Source of the DNA: Escherichia coli
GTDB taxonomy: Bacteria; Pseudomonadota; Gammaproteobacteria; Enterobacterales; Enterobacteriaceae
Length of the DNA: 64,000 bases
Assembly (NCBI RefSeq): GCF_003334335.1
Contig: NZ_QOWQ01000005.1
Reading direction: 5' to 3' (one strand)
Shown here: positions 21,227-37,604 of the stretch, piece by piece
Position numbering within the stretch: the stretch's first letter is position 1
Layout of the letters: each line of letters begins with the position of its first letter
The notes under the pieces: model-generated
What the model saw: the letters and a program-made list of their open reading frames with translations, nothing else
What the model was told of the DNA's origin: nothing
Databases searched by the model: none
Position numbers and translations under genes: made by a program

Positions 21227-23335
21227 TTAATTTCGGTTTCGGGTGACTTTAATCACGTCTGGCATCACGCGGATTTTGCGCATGATATTCGCCAGATGCA
21301 CACGGTCACGAGCGGTCAGACGAATAAAGGCGCTGTAGACGCGACCATCTTTCTCTTCCGTATTCAAACTTTGAATATTCGAGGTCGTGGTGTTAATTGC
21401 CGCCGTCAGGTTTGCCAGCGCACCCTGATGATTGAACATCTCCACCTTGATTTCGGTGATGAATTCCTGCGCCGTCTCTTTATCCCATTCCACAGCCATA
21501 AACTTCTCTGGCTCTTTCTGGTAGCCACGGATGTTACGGCAGGATTCATGGTGGATCACCAGACCTTTACCGGGGCTGACGTGGGCGATAATCGGGTCGC
21601 CAGGAATAGGGCGGCAGCATTTCGCAAAGGTGATCAGCACGCCATCGGCACCTTTAATTGGCAGATGTCCGTGACTTTGGGTTGCCGGTGGAATGGAGGC
21701 GTCCCCATGTTGTAGATTTTTCGCGACCACCACGCTCATTGCGTTACCAAGGCCGATTTCAGCCAGCAGATCGTCAAGCGTTGCCAGCTTCATGCGATCC
21801 AGCTCGCGCTGAATATTTTCCTGCGGGATTTCATTCAGCTTACGGCTACCACCCAAAGCATGGTTGAGCAGACGACGGCCCAGGCTTACAGAATCATCAC
21901 GCTTGAGGTTTTTCAGCAACTGACGAATTTTGGCGCGCGCTTTTGAGCTAACGACAAAGTTCAGCCACGCGGCATTCGGGCGAGCGCCCGGTGCGGTAAT
22001 GATTTCAACGGTTTGACCGCTGGTAAGCGGCTGCGACAGCGGGTAAGGCTGGCGGTCAACGCGTGCGCCCACGCAGGCATGACCGATATCGGTATGCACT
22101 GCATAAGCGAAGTCGACGGGCGTTGCACCGGCAGGCAGCTCGACAATGCGCCCTTCCGGTGTGAAAACGTAAATCTCATCCGGGAAGAGATCGGATTTAA
22201 CGCTCTCGATAAATTCAAACGAACTACCGGCGCTCTGTTGCAGCTCCAGCAGGCTTTGCATCCAGCGCTGGGCGCGGATTTGTGCGGTAGTACTGGTTTC
22301 GCCGTGCTCTTTATAAGCCCAGTGCGCGGCAACACCCATCTCCGCCATCTGATCCATATCTTCGGTACGGATCTGGACCTCAACCGGCACGCCGTGCGGG
22401 CCAATCATCGAGGTGTGCAAAGACTGATAGCCGTTCGCTTTTGGAATGGCGATATAGTCTTTCACGCGGCCCGGACGCGGCTTGTACAGGCTGTGCATCT
22501 GGCCCAGCACGCGATAACAGGTGTCAGAATCATTGACGATCACGCGGAAAGCGTAGATGTCCATGATTGAGTGAAAACGCTGCTCTTTGAGCACCATTTT
22601 GCAGTAAATCGAATAAAGATGCTTTTCGCGACCACTGACGCGGCACGGTATTCCCGCTTCCTGCAAACGCCCTTCGATTTCAGAAAGAATCTTCTGGATC
22701 ATCTCTTTACGGTTGCCGCGCGCGGCTTTCACCACTTCTTTGATTACGCGATAACGGTTGGGATACAGCGCCTCAAAACCCAGCTCTTCGAGTTCGGTTT
22801 TAATGTGGTGGATACCTAAACGGTGCGCCAGCGGGCTGTAAATTTCGAGAGTTTCACGGGCGATGCGGCGACGTTTGTCCGGGCGAAGTGAGCCCAGCGT
22901 GCGCATGTTGTGGGTACGGTCGGCAAGTTTGATGAGGATGACGCGGATATCCTGCACCATCGCCATAATCATCTTGCGAAAGTTTTCGGCCTGCGCCTCT
23001 TTCTTATCGCGGAACTTGAGTTTATCAAGTTTCGACACCCCCTCTACCAGCTCGGCGACGCTTTTACCAAAAAGCTGTTCCATATCCTGGTAGGTGGCGG
23101 GAGTATCTTCAATCACGTCATGCAGCAGCGCCGCCATCAGCGTTTCATAGTCGAGTTTCATCTCGGCCAGAATGCAGGCAACCGCTACCGGGTGCGTGAT
23201 ATAGGGTTCACCGCTTGAACGTGTTTGCCCCTCGTGAGCATCACGTGCAACGAGATACGCCTGCCGCAGACGCTTGATTTGGTCTTCCGGCAGGTAGGTT
23301 TGAATCAGTTGATTCAGGCTTTCAAACAGATACAA
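21227..23335 (-). CDS. spoT: bifunctional (p)ppGpp synthetase/hydrolase
   Basis: 702-aa ORF; HD hydrolase motif (HPVAVA...LHDVIEDT), synthetase, TGS and ACT regions. Confidence 0.95.
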   Translation of the reverse strand: MYLFESLNQLIQTYLPEDQIKRLRQAYLVARDAHEGQTRSSGEPYITHPVAVACILAEMKLDYETLMAALLHDVIEDTPATYQDMEQLFGKSVAELVEGVSKLDKLKFRDKKEAQAENFRKMIMAMVQDIRVILIKLADRTHNMRTLGSLRPDKRRRIARETLEIYSPLAHRLGIHHIKTELEELGFEALYPNRYRVIKEVVKAARGNRKEMIQKILSEIEGRLQEAGIPCRVSGREKHLYSIYCKMVLKEQRFHSIMDIYAFRVIVNDSDTCYRVLGQMHSLYKPRPGRVKDYIAIPKANGYQSLHTSMIGPHGVPVEVQIRTEDMDQMAEMGVAAHWAYKEHGETSTTAQIRAQRWMQSLLELQQSAGSSFEFIESVKSDLFPDEIYVFTPEGRIVELPAGATPVDFAYAVHTDIGHACVGARVDRQPYPLSQPLTSGQTVEIITAPGARPNAAWLNFVVSSKARAKIRQLLKNLKRDDSVSLGRRLLNHALGGSRKLNEIPQENIQRELDRMKLATLDDLLAEIGLGNAMSVVVAKNLQHGDASIPPATQSHGHLPIKGADGVLITFAKCCRPIPGDPIIAHVSPGKGLVIHHESCRNIRGYQKEPEKFMAVEWDKETAQEFITEIKVEMFNHQGALANLTAAINTTTSNIQSLNTEEKDGRVYSAFIRLTARDRVHLANIMRKIRVMPDVIKVTRNRN

Positions 23336-23353
23336 GGGCGACCCGCTTTGTGA

Positions 23354-23629
23354 TTAACGACGACCTTCAGCAATAGCGGTAACGGCTTGTAATTCAGCGG
23401 CTTCCTGCTCTTGCTGTTCCTGGCGTTCGCGAACGTCGAGGATCTGGTTGTTGATCAGACCTTCTTCGATTTCGCGCAGCGCGATTACAGTGGTTTTATC
23501 GTTTTCTTCCGGTACCAGCGGATCCTTTCCGCCTACCTGCATCTGACGAGCGCGACGCGCGGCGACCAGTACCAGGTCAAAACGGTTACCAATTTTCTCT
23601 ACAGCGTCCTGAACAGTTACGCGTGCCAT
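23354..23629 (-). CDS. rpoZ: RNA polymerase omega subunit
   Basis: 91-aa [32 protein letters not shown], canonical RpoZ. Confidence 0.95.
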
Positions 23630-23683
23630 ACTTAAAAAGCTCCACAGGTGAAGAAATGACTGGGCATGATACTGAAATCAGGT

Positions 23684-26861
<3,178 letters not shown>

Positions 26862-27152
26862 GGTTCTCTCCCTAAAAATCTGTCTGGCAGGGTAGCGATT
26901 TGTGCGTATTGTCACGATTGAGATTTTTTAAGGTGAGAGGAAATTGATAACTTGTAGTTATGTGAAATCGCTATTTTCTGTAGCGTAGATGCATTCTTCT
27001 GACTTCTTGTCTGAGAAAATGCATAAGAAAAAATAGGTTAAAATTGAGGGGTGGAAAAGAAAGGTGCAATGTTTAGCCATTGTGTTCACCGCACCTGGAC
27101 TTTGGCTTACGCATCGGGTATCTCAATCAACAAAAAGAGTTTTTAGTTTCTG

Positions 27153-27977
27153 CTATTTCTTCTCTGTAATTTTTACACTGTTTTCCAACTGCTTGATGCT
27201 GACCTGCGGGGTCGGCAACTCCTCAGGCATGGTTCCGCCAAGTTCCTGAATGGTTTGCATCACCTTGCTACCCACGTCAAAGTGTGTGGTATTAGCTTGC
27301 TGTTTTGAATTCACGCCATCCCGCTTGAGTTTTTCTTCTGTTTGGGTAGCTCGAAAGAGATTAGCCGCCAGTTCTGTTGAACCCATATGATCCAGGATCT
27401 TCTGATTCTTTTTCAGCCCCTTCCGCTGATGAATAGCTTTCTGATCTAATCCACCATACAGCCCCTGGTAACCATGATTCTGAAATATGGCGAAATCAGT
27501 AGCTGTCGCTACCCCAGCTTGCTGTGCTGCCTCAACCAATTGTTTGTTATGTTCTTTCAACTCATTTCTCAGAAACAGACGCTTTTCGTCTTCACGAAGT
27601 TGCTTAAATGCTTCATCGTCAGCAAGCTCCTGCCGTCGGGTCTGGATAGCAAAATAAGTCTGCCCTGCCGCAATGACCGGTTTCGCAGGGTCGCCGTTTT
27701 GTACTACCAGGTAACAGGCATAGCGGGAGAGTACGATGTCTTTTAATGCTCTTTTGGCATTTGAGCCAATTTTGACCATATCGAGGATCTCCTCGAAATG
27801 GTCATCAATTGTGTGACCACTGTTCTCACAGGCTTCTTTGGCGCGCGTTAATACAGGTATAAAGTGACGATACTCTGAATAACCCAGTAGTTTCCCAAGT
27901 TGTCTTGCTGACCATTGTTCTGCTCCGTTTGCATTAATCAGTTTTATCTCTTCAAAAGGTTGATGATGTTCGTTCAT
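27153..27977 (-). CDS. dinD: DNA-damage-inducible protein D
   Basis: 274 aa from MNEHHQPF; a perfect LexA box lies just upstream. Confidence 0.85.
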   Translation of the reverse strand: MNEHHQPFEEIKLINANGAEQWSARQLGKLLGYSEYRHFIPVLTRAKEACENSGHTIDDHFEEILDMVKIGSNAKRALKDIVLSRYACYLVVQNGDPAKPVIAAGQTYFAIQTRRQELADDEAFKQLREDEKRLFLRNELKEHNKQLVEAAQQAGVATATDFAIFQNHGYQGLYGGLDQKAIHQRKGLKKNQKILDHMGSTELAANLFRATQTEEKLKRDGVNSKQQANTTHFDVGSKVMQTIQELGGTMPEELPTPQVSIKQLENSVKITEKK

Positions 27978-28022
27978 TGCCCACTCCATGTGATATCAAT
28001 TGCAAAGAAAGTAAATCTGTAA

Positions 28023-28038
28023 CTGTATTTATATACAG
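28023..28038. promoter_or_regulatory. LexA operator (SOS box) in the dinD promoter
   Basis: CTGTATTTATATACAG is a perfect CTGT-N8-ACAG palindrome about 45 bp upstream of the dinD start. Confidence 0.8.
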
Positions 28039-28130
28039 TTGTGAGTATCTCACGTTCTCAGTGTGCTGGGCAAAAAAACATCGCAAAATCTGGAGCAGGC
28101 ACGAAAAACAGAATTGAAAGTTGCGGGGAA

Positions 28131-28162
28131 GAAAAATGCCGCTCTGTTTGAGTGGGCGGCAT
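28131..28162 (-). terminator. intrinsic terminator after yicC
   Basis: Minus strand ATGCCGC...GCGGCAT stem followed by TTTTTC, downstream of the yicC stop. Confidence 0.55.
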
Positions 28163-28198
28163 TTGTGAAGGCTGAAAAGTAAGAATTGGCGTTACGAG

Positions 28199-29062
28199 TT
28201 ATTCAATATTCTGAATCTGCTCGCGCATCTGCTCAATCAACACTTTCAGCTCAATCGCGGAGTTTGTCACTTCGGCATTGATAGACTTCGACGCAAGAGT
28301 GTTCGACTCGCGGTTGAACTCCTGCATCATAAAGTCCAGACGACGACCAACGGCTTCTTTTTTCTTCAGAATGTTGTAGGTCTCTTTGACATGCGCTTCG
28401 AGGCGGTCCAGTTCTTCGGCAACGTCAATTCGTTGTGCCAGCAGAACCAACTCCTGCTCCAGACGGTTGTTTTCCAACTGAACCTGAGCATCTTCCAGCT
28501 TCGCGACCAAGCGTTCACGCTGCCATTGCAGGATTTCCGGCATATGGGAGCGGACTTTGACCACTTCGGCGGTGACGCCTTCCAGACGCTGCTCGATCAA
28601 TGCTTTCAGTGCCTGACCTTCGGTTTCGCGCGCGACAATAAAGTCGTCCAGCGTACCATCCAGCGCCGCGAGAATTTCAGCGGCAATGGCGTCAAGATCC
28701 TGCTCCTGGGCTGCCATCACGCCCGGCCAGCGTAGAATATCAACCGGGTTGATTTCCCCTTCGTCACTCTGCATTTTTACCCAGTTCGCGGCAGTTACCA
28801 GCTGTTTAGCCAGTTTTTCGTTGAGGATCAGCTCACCTTGCGCGCTAACATCTGGCTCATAGCGCAGGGTACATTCCACTTTACCGCGCGTCAGGCGAGA
28901 ACGAATACGCTCGCGAACGACAGGTTCAAGGCTACGGAACTGCTCCGGCAGACGAAAGTAAGTTTCCAGATAACGCTGGTTTACCGAGCGCATTTCCCAG
29001 GTTGCGCTCCCCCATTCACCCTTGATTTCACGCCGGGCGTAGGCGGTCATACTGCGGATCAT
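28199..29062 (-). CDS. yicC: YicC-family stress-induced protein
   Basis: 287-aa ORF with YicC N-terminal domain and coiled-coil C-terminus. Confidence 0.85.
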   Translation of the reverse strand: MIRSMTAYARREIKGEWGSATWEMRSVNQRYLETYFRLPEQFRSLEPVVRERIRSRLTRGKVECTLRYEPDVSAQGELILNEKLAKQLVTAANWVKMQSDEGEINPVDILRWPGVMAAQEQDLDAIAAEILAALDGTLDDFIVARETEGQALKALIEQRLEGVTAEVVKVRSHMPEILQWQRERLVAKLEDAQVQLENNRLEQELVLLAQRIDVAEELDRLEAHVKETYNILKKKEAVGRRLDFMMQEFNRESNTLASKSINAEVTNSAIELKVLIEQMREQIQNIE

Positions 29063-29188
29063 AGACGTTCCTGTTTATAAAAGGAGAGGTGGAAGGATTA
29101 TAGCCATCGATGCCTTGTCAGGATAGGAATAACCGCCGGAAGTCCGTATAATGCGCAGCCACATTTGTTTCAAGCCGGAGATTTCAAT

Positions 29189-29905
29189 ATGCGTCCAGCA
29201 GGCCGTAGCAATAATCAGGTGCGTCCCGTTACCCTGACTCGTAACTATACAAAACATGCAGAAGGCTCGGTGCTGGTCGAATTTGGCGATACCAAAGTGT
29301 TGTGTACCGCCTCTATTGAAGAAGGCGTGCCGCGCTTCCTGAAAGGTCAGGGCCAGGGCTGGATCACCGCAGAGTACGGCATGCTGCCACGTTCTACCCA
29401 CACCCGTAACGCTCGTGAAGCGGCGAAAGGTAAGCAGGGTGGACGCACAATGGAAATCCAGCGTCTGATCGCCCGTGCGCTTCGCGCGGCAGTAGATTTG
29501 AAAGCGCTGGGTGAGTTCACCATTACGCTGGACTGCGACGTGCTTCAGGCTGATGGTGGCACGCGTACCGCTTCGATTACGGGTGCCTGTGTGGCGCTGG
29601 CAGATGCGCTACAGAAGCTGGTGGAAAACGGCAAGCTGAAAACCAACCCGATGAAAGGGATGGTAGCCGCGGTTTCTGTCGGGATTGTGAACGGCGAAGC
29701 GGTTTGCGATCTGGAATACGTTGAAGACTCTGCCGCAGAGACCGACATGAACGTAGTGATGACCGAAGACGGGCGCATCATTGAAGTGCAGGGGACGGCA
29801 GAAGGCGAGCCGTTCACCCATGAAGAGCTACTCACCTTGTTGGCGCTGGCCCGAGGGGGAATCGAATCCATTGTAGCGACGCAGAAGGCGGCGCTGGCAA
29901 ACTGA
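29189..29905 (+). CDS. rph: ribonuclease PH (intact, 238 codons)
   Basis: Starts [14 protein letters not shown] and runs uninterrupted to ...KAALAN stop; no frameshift near the 3' end. Confidence 0.9.
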   Translation: MRPAGRSNNQVRPVTLTRNYTKHAEGSVLVEFGDTKVLCTASIEEGVPRFLKGQGQGWITAEYGMLPRSTHTRNAREAAKGKQGGRTMEIQRLIARALRAAVDLKALGEFTITLDCDVLQADGGTRTASITGACVALADALQKLVENGKLKTNPMKGMVAAVSVGIVNGEAVCDLEYVEDSAAETDMNVVMTEDGRIIEVQGTAEGEPFTHEELLTLLALARGGIESIVATQKAALAN

Positions 29906-29912
29906 TTTTTAA

Positions 29913-29937
29913 GGCGACTGATGAGTCGCTTTTTTTT
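29913..29937 (+). terminator. pyrE leader attenuator hairpin in the rph-pyrE spacer
   Basis: GGCGACTGATGAGTCGC hairpin followed by an 8-T run, then the pyrE RBS and start. Confidence 0.75.
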
Positions 29938-29969
29938 GTCTGTAGAAAAGTAAGATGAGGAGCGAAGGC

Positions 29970-30611
29970 ATGAAACCATATCAGCGCCAGTTTATTGAAT
30001 TTGCGCTTAGCAAGCAGGTGTTAAAGTTTGGCGAGTTTACGCTGAAATCCGGGCGTAAAAGCCCCTATTTCTTCAACGCCGGGCTGTTTAATACCGGGCG
30101 CGACCTGGCACTGTTAGGCCGTTTTTACGCTGAAGCATTGGTGGACTCCGGCATTGAGTTCGATCTGCTGTTTGGCCCTGCTTACAAAGGGATCCCGATT
30201 GCCACCACAACCGCCGTGGCGTTGGCGGAGCATCATGACCTGGACCTGCCGTACTGCTTTAACCGCAAAGAGGCAAAAGACCACGGTGAAGGCGGCAATC
30301 TGGTTGGTAGCGCGTTACAAGGACGCGTAATGCTGGTAGATGATGTGATCACCGCCGGAACGGCGATTCGTGAGTCGATGGAAATTATTCAGGCCAATGG
30401 CGCGACGCTTGCTGGCGTGTTGATTTCGCTCGATCGTCAGGAACGGGGGCGCGGCGAGATTTCGGCGATTCAGGAAGTTGAGCGTGATTACAACTGCAAA
30501 GTGATCTCTATCATCACCCTGAAAGATCTGATTGCTTACCTGGAAGAGAAGCCGGAAATGGCGGAACATCTGGCGGCGGTTAAGGCCTATCGCGAAGAGT
30601 TTGGCGTTTAA
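29970..30611 (+). CDS. pyrE: orotate phosphoribosyltransferase
   Basis: 213 aa from MKPYQRQF; PRPP-binding motif [13 protein letters not shown]. Confidence 0.9.
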
Positions 30612-30618
30612 AGAAACT

Positions 30619-30642
30619 CGCCGGATGAAAATTCATCCGGCG
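30619..30642. terminator. hairpin between convergent pyrE and slmA
   Basis: CGCCGGATGA-aaat-TCATCCGGCG perfect inverted repeat; U-tracts weak. Confidence 0.5.
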
Positions 30643-30647
30643 TCATA

Positions 30648-31244
30648 TTACTGCAACTGCGCGGCAATTAGCGGCCAGCGGGCGTCAAAATCATCCGTCG
30701 GGCGGTATTTAAATTCGCTGCGGACAAAACGTGACAGCATACCTTCACAGAAGGCCAGGATCTGGCTTGCCAGCAGGGTTTCATCGGTGGTGTAACCTTC
30801 ACCCTCACGCATTCTCTTTTCACGCAATACCTGGCGCAGCTGCGCTTCAATACGCTCGAACAGCTGGTTGATGCGCCCTTGCAGGCGATCCTGTTCAAAC
30901 ATTAGCGCATGACCAGTGAGGATGCGGGTCAGGCCAGGATTACGCTCACCAAAACCGAGAAGCAGCAACACAATCAGACGCAGGCGCGCTGTGGTGTCTT
31001 TCTCATCTTTCAGAATCAGATTGATGCGAGTAATCAGGCTATCTTCGATAAACTCAATCAGGCTATCGAACATGCGGGTCTTACTGGGGAAGTGGCGATA
31101 CAGTGCCGCTTCGGAAACGCCGACAGAGGCGGCCAGTTTTGCCGTCGTGATACGTTGGCTTCCATCGCTGGATTCCAGCATCAGCGCCAGAGACTGAAGT
31201 ATTTCCTCGCGACGGTTCCTTTTCGCAGTTTGTTTTTCTGCCAT
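30648..31244 (-). CDS. slmA: nucleoid occlusion factor SlmA (TetR family)
   Basis: 198 aa from [14 protein letters not shown]; N-terminal TetR-type HTH. Confidence 0.9.
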
Positions 31245-31350
31245 GTTACAAAATACCCCTGAAAATAAGCACTTGCCAGGCGGCACCCACGCTATGACCG
31301 CAAACGAAATGTTTGCGGCTATGTTATGACGTTATTCGGATGCGTATGTG

Positions 31351-31806
31351 TTACTGACGACCAGAGTGACCAAAGCCGCCTTCACCGCGGTCGGTGGCGT
31401 CGAAATCTTCCACCAGATTAAATTCAGCCTGTACTACCGGAACAAAAATCATCTGGGCGATGCGTTCGCCAGGTTGAATGGTGAAGCTGTCCTGACCACG
31501 GTTCCACACGGAAATCATCAACTGGCCCTGATAGTCGGAATCGATCAATCCTACCAGGTTACCAAGCACGATACCGTGCTTATGTCCCAATCCGGAGCGC
31601 GGCAGCATCATTGCCGCCAGTGAAGGATCGGCAATATGAATCGCCAGCCCGGTCGGAACCAGCGTAGTGTCACCCGGAGCCAGTTCTACGGCGTCGTCGA
31701 GACAGGCACGCAGGTCAAGTCCGGCAGAGCCAGAGGTGGCATAAGTCGGGAGCGGAAATTCCTTCCCAACGCGCGGGTCCAGAATCTTAACGTCGATTTT
31801 TTTCAT
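31351..31806 (-). CDS. dut: dUTP diphosphatase
   Basis: 151 aa; dUTPase motifs AGLDLRA and RSGLGHKHG. Confidence 0.9.
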
Positions 31807-33007
31807 CATAACGGGTCACGATCTCGTCGAGTAATAATTGGCCAAGGAGCTCTTTGCGCTCAAGCGGTAAGACTTTATCTCCGTCCTGCCAGAAAAGGTG
31901 TAATGCGTTGTTGTCGCTGTTAAATCCTTGAGTTGGCTGGGAAACATCGTTCGCGCAGATCAGATCAAGGTTTTTACGGATACGTTTTTGCCGGGCGTAT
32001 TCTTCCACATTATTTGTTTCGGCGGCAAATCCAACGACGTAGGGTCGATGGTCTTTTAGTGCGGCAACGCCTGCGACGATATCGGGGTTTTTAACCATTT
32101 TTATTGTTAATTCATCACCCTGCGTGGCCTGCTTTTTGATTTTTTCTGGGGCCACGGTAGCTGCGCGATAATCCGCCACGGCGGCGCAGCCGATAAAAAT
32201 ATTTTGCTGCTGTACAGAAGCATTCACGGCGGCTTCCATTTCCAGCGCGGTCATCACATCAACACGTTTAACAAACGGTGGCGTCGGTAGTGAAACCGGA
32301 CCTGATACCAGCGTGACGTTCGCGCCACGACGGGCAGCGGCGGCGGCGATAGCAAAACCCATCTTGCCGGAGCTGTGATTAGAGATATAACGCACCGGAT
32401 CGAGCGGTTCACGCGTCGGACCGGCGGTAATCATAATGTTCAGATGTTTCAGGTCGTTGACGGGCGAAAAATGCGCCACCGCCATATCCACAATGGTTAA
32501 CGGATCGAGCATTCGCCCAGGACCGATATCACCACAAGCCTGACTGCCACTGTCTGGCCCCCAGATGAGCAAACCACGGGAAGCAAGCACCTCTAAATTA
32601 TGCTGCGTGGCAGCGGCACGGTACATCTGCTGGTTCATGGCGGGGAGCACGGCTACAGGCGCAGGTGTAGCCAGACAAATCGTCGATACCAGGTCATTCG
32701 CCATTCCGGCAGCAACACGGGCAATCAAATCTGCCGTGGCAGGGGCGAGAATCACTAAATCAGCCCATTTACCCAGCTCAATATGGCCCATAGCGGCTTC
32801 GGCTGCCGGGTCCAGCAAACTGTCGGAAACGGGATAACCAGAAACCGCCTGCAAGCTAAGTGGGGTGATAAAGGCTTTTGCCGCTTCGGTCATGGCTACG
32901 CGGACGTCGGCCCCGCGATCGCGCAAACGACGCACCAGTTCAGGGGTTTTATAGGCAGCAATACCGCCGCTAACGCCGAGAACGATTTTTTTACCGGCCA
33001 GGCTCAT
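31787..33007 (-). CDS. coaBC: bifunctional phosphopantothenoylcysteine decarboxylase/synthetase
   Basis: 406 aa from [20 protein letters not shown] (flavoprotein motif); 3' end overlaps the dut start. Confidence 0.9.
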
Positions 33008-33172
33008 GATGATTTTTCCTGTTGGGTGACACCAGAAGTTGGCGATTTTATCACAATACTTTTGTTGTCGTGCCTTCACCTGAGAATCACTTTGCGAGGC
33101 GCTTTCCAGGATTGAAAACTGGCCGTCGATTTAACGGAACGGCTATGACAGGATGCGAGCACCACAAAGGAG

Positions 33173-33847
33173 GTGAAGGTGAAAAACAATTCACAGCTGT
33201 TGATGCCGCGCGAAAAAATGCTGAAGTTTGGTATTAGCGCCTTAACGGATGTCGAGCTGCTGGCGCTATTTCTGCGTACCGGAACGCGCGGTAAAGATGT
33301 ATTAACCCTGGCAAAAGAGATGCTGGAGAATTTCGGCTCTCTTTATGGCTTGTTAACCTCTGAATATGAACAATTTAGTGGCGTTCATGGAATTGGCGTG
33401 GCGAAATTTGCCCAGTTAAAGGGGATTGCTGAACTGGCGCGGCGTTACTACAACGTGCGGATGCGTGAAGAAAGCCCTTTACTCAGCCCGGAGATGACGC
33501 GGGAATTTTTACAAAGCCAGCTCACGGGTGAGGAGCGGGAGATCTTTATGGTGATCTTTCTCGACTCACAACACCGGGTTATAACGCATAGCCGTCTTTT
33601 TTCCGGCACGCTAAACCATGTTGAAGTCCATCCTCGGGAAATTATCCGCGAAGCGATAAAAATAAACGCCTCGGCGCTGATCCTTGCACATAATCACCCT
33701 TCGGGTTGTGCTGAACCCAGTAAAGCGGATAAACTCATTACTGAACGGATAATAAAGAGTTGTCAGTTCATGGATTTACGCGTGCTCGACCATATCGTGA
33801 TTGGGCGTGGAGAGTATGTTTCTTTTGCCGAACGCGGTTGGATTTAA
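33173..33847 (+). CDS. yicR: UPF0758 JAB-domain protein (RadC-like)
   Basis: 224-aa ORF with JAMM-like motif HNHPSG; start uncertain. Confidence 0.8.
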   Translation: MKVKNNSQLLMPREKMLKFGISALTDVELLALFLRTGTRGKDVLTLAKEMLENFGSLYGLLTSEYEQFSGVHGIGVAKFAQLKGIAELARRYYNVRMREESPLLSPEMTREFLQSQLTGEEREIFMVIFLDSQHRVITHSRLFSGTLNHVEVHPREIIREAIKINASALILAHNHPSGCAEPSKADKLITERIIKSCQFMDLRVLDHIVIGRGEYVSFAERGWI

Positions 33848-34042
33848 CCCGCTATGCGCGATCCTTCGGGATCTTTGTCTGTTCGGGACTTGAGCACATC
33901 GCTGAGTCAGCGTATACTACGCCACCTTTGAGAATCTCGGGTTTGGCATTTGGGCCTGGCAATCGAGAGTTCACATAGAACTGCGATGACCGGGCTGTAA
34001 AGCCTGACGAGGCGCCAATACCCCATACGAAGCTCGAGCTAA

Positions 34043-34300
<258 letters not shown>

Positions 34301-34317
34301 GTACTTAGAGGAAATAA

Positions 34318-34488
<171 letters not shown>

Positions 34489-34506
34489 TTCTCGCTTTGA
34501 TGTAAC

Positions 34507-34534
34507 AAAAAACCTCGCTCCGGCGGGGTTTTTT
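34507..34534 (+). terminator. intrinsic terminator after rpmB-rpmG
   Basis: AAAAACCTCGCTCCGGCGGGGTTTTTT: GC-rich hairpin flanked by an A-run and a T-run. Confidence 0.6.
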
Positions 34535-34585
34535 GTTATCTGCTTGCCCCCATATTGACTGCATCTGTTCATTCCTGGAGATGCT

Positions 34586-35395
34586 ATGCCTGAATTACCC
34601 GAAGTTGAAACCAGCCGCCGCGGCATAGAACCGCATCTCGTTGGTGCAACCATTCTTCATGCAGTGGTGCGCAACGGACGCTTGCGCTGGCCGGTTTCAG
34701 AAGAGATCTACCGTTTAAGCGACCAACCAGTGCTTAGCGTGCAGCGGCGGGCTAAATATCTGCTGCTGGAGCTGCCTGAGGGCTGGATTATCATTCATTT
34801 AGGGATGTCTGGCAGCCTGCGCATCCTTCCAGAAGAACTTCCCCCTGAAAAGCATGACCATGTGGATTTGGTGATGAACAACGGCAAAGTGCTGCGCTAC
34901 ACCGATCCGCGCCGCTTTGGTGCCTGGCTGTGGACCAAAGAGCTGGAAGGGCATAATGTGCTGGCCCATCTTGGACCGGAGCCGCTTAGCGACGATTTCA
35001 ATGGTGAGTATCTGCATCAGAAGTGCGCGAAGAAAAAAACGGCGATCAAACCGTGGCTGATGGATAACAAGCTGGTGGTAGGCGTAGGGAATATCTATGC
35101 CAGCGAATCTCTGTTTGCGGCGGGGATCCATCCGGATCGGCTGGCGTCATCACTGTCGCTGGCGGAGTGCGAATTGCTGGCTCGGGTGATTAAAGCGGTG
35201 TTGCTGCGTTCGATTGAGCAGGGCGGTACAACGCTAAAAGATTTTCTGCAAAGCGACGGTAAACCGGGCTATTTCGCGCAGGAATTGCAGGTTTACGGGC
35301 GAAAAGGTGAGCCGTGTCGGGTGTGCGGTACGCCGATTGTGGCGACTAAACATGCGCAGCGGGCAACGTTTTATTGTCGGCAGTGCCAGAAGTAA
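34586..35395 (+). CDS. mutM: formamidopyrimidine-DNA glycosylase
   Basis: 269 aa; N-terminal PELPEVE catalytic motif and C-terminal zinc finger CRVCGTPI...CRQCQ. Confidence 0.9.
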   Translation: MPELPEVETSRRGIEPHLVGATILHAVVRNGRLRWPVSEEIYRLSDQPVLSVQRRAKYLLLELPEGWIIIHLGMSGSLRILPEELPPEKHDHVDLVMNNGKVLRYTDPRRFGAWLWTKELEGHNVLAHLGPEPLSDDFNGEYLHQKCAKKKTAIKPWLMDNKLVVGVGNIYASESLFAAGIHPDRLASSLSLAECELLARVIKAVLLRSIEQGGTTLKDFLQSDGKPGYFAQELQVYGRKGEPCRVCGTPIVATKHAQRATFYCRQCQK

Positions 35396-35433
35396 TTCAT
35401 GCGCGCCGGATGGCATACCATCCGGCATAAACG

Positions 35434-37198
<1,765 letters not shown>

Positions 37199-37519
37199 AA
37201 TAAATAGCTGACTTATGGATGTGCTGGGGATTCTATGTATTTAGCACCGGGTTTGCCATTACTTTTCCTTTTTTTGACTTAATTAGCCTCTGTTTGAGCT
37301 GATCTGCCGCTAGATCTTCATTTTTTTTGTATTTTTATGCGATTCATTGAATTTCAGCCAGGATTGCAGCTTTACATCGACAATATCTGGATTCTCGAGT
37401 ATGCAAAATTTTATCTCTATGATTTTTATAATTAAAACATATTTTGTGTATAAAAATCATTCGGGTCGGATTGCTGCGAAAGAAATGATACACTAGCGCG
37501 TCAAAGTAAGTGCGTTATC

Positions 37520-37557
37520 AGTATTCGGGTAGCTGTTGAGCCTGGGGCGGTAGCGTG
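37520..37557 (+). promoter_or_regulatory. JUMPstart element with ops site (RfaH-dependent antitermination) in the waaQ operon leader
   Basis: GGGTAGC...GGCGGTAGCGTG about 50 bp upstream of waaQ; the ops 12-mer is at 37546..37557. Confidence 0.75.
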
Positions 37558-37604
37558 CTTTTTTCTGCTTAACTTAACCAGACAATCACACAAAAGAGTC
37601 GCTA

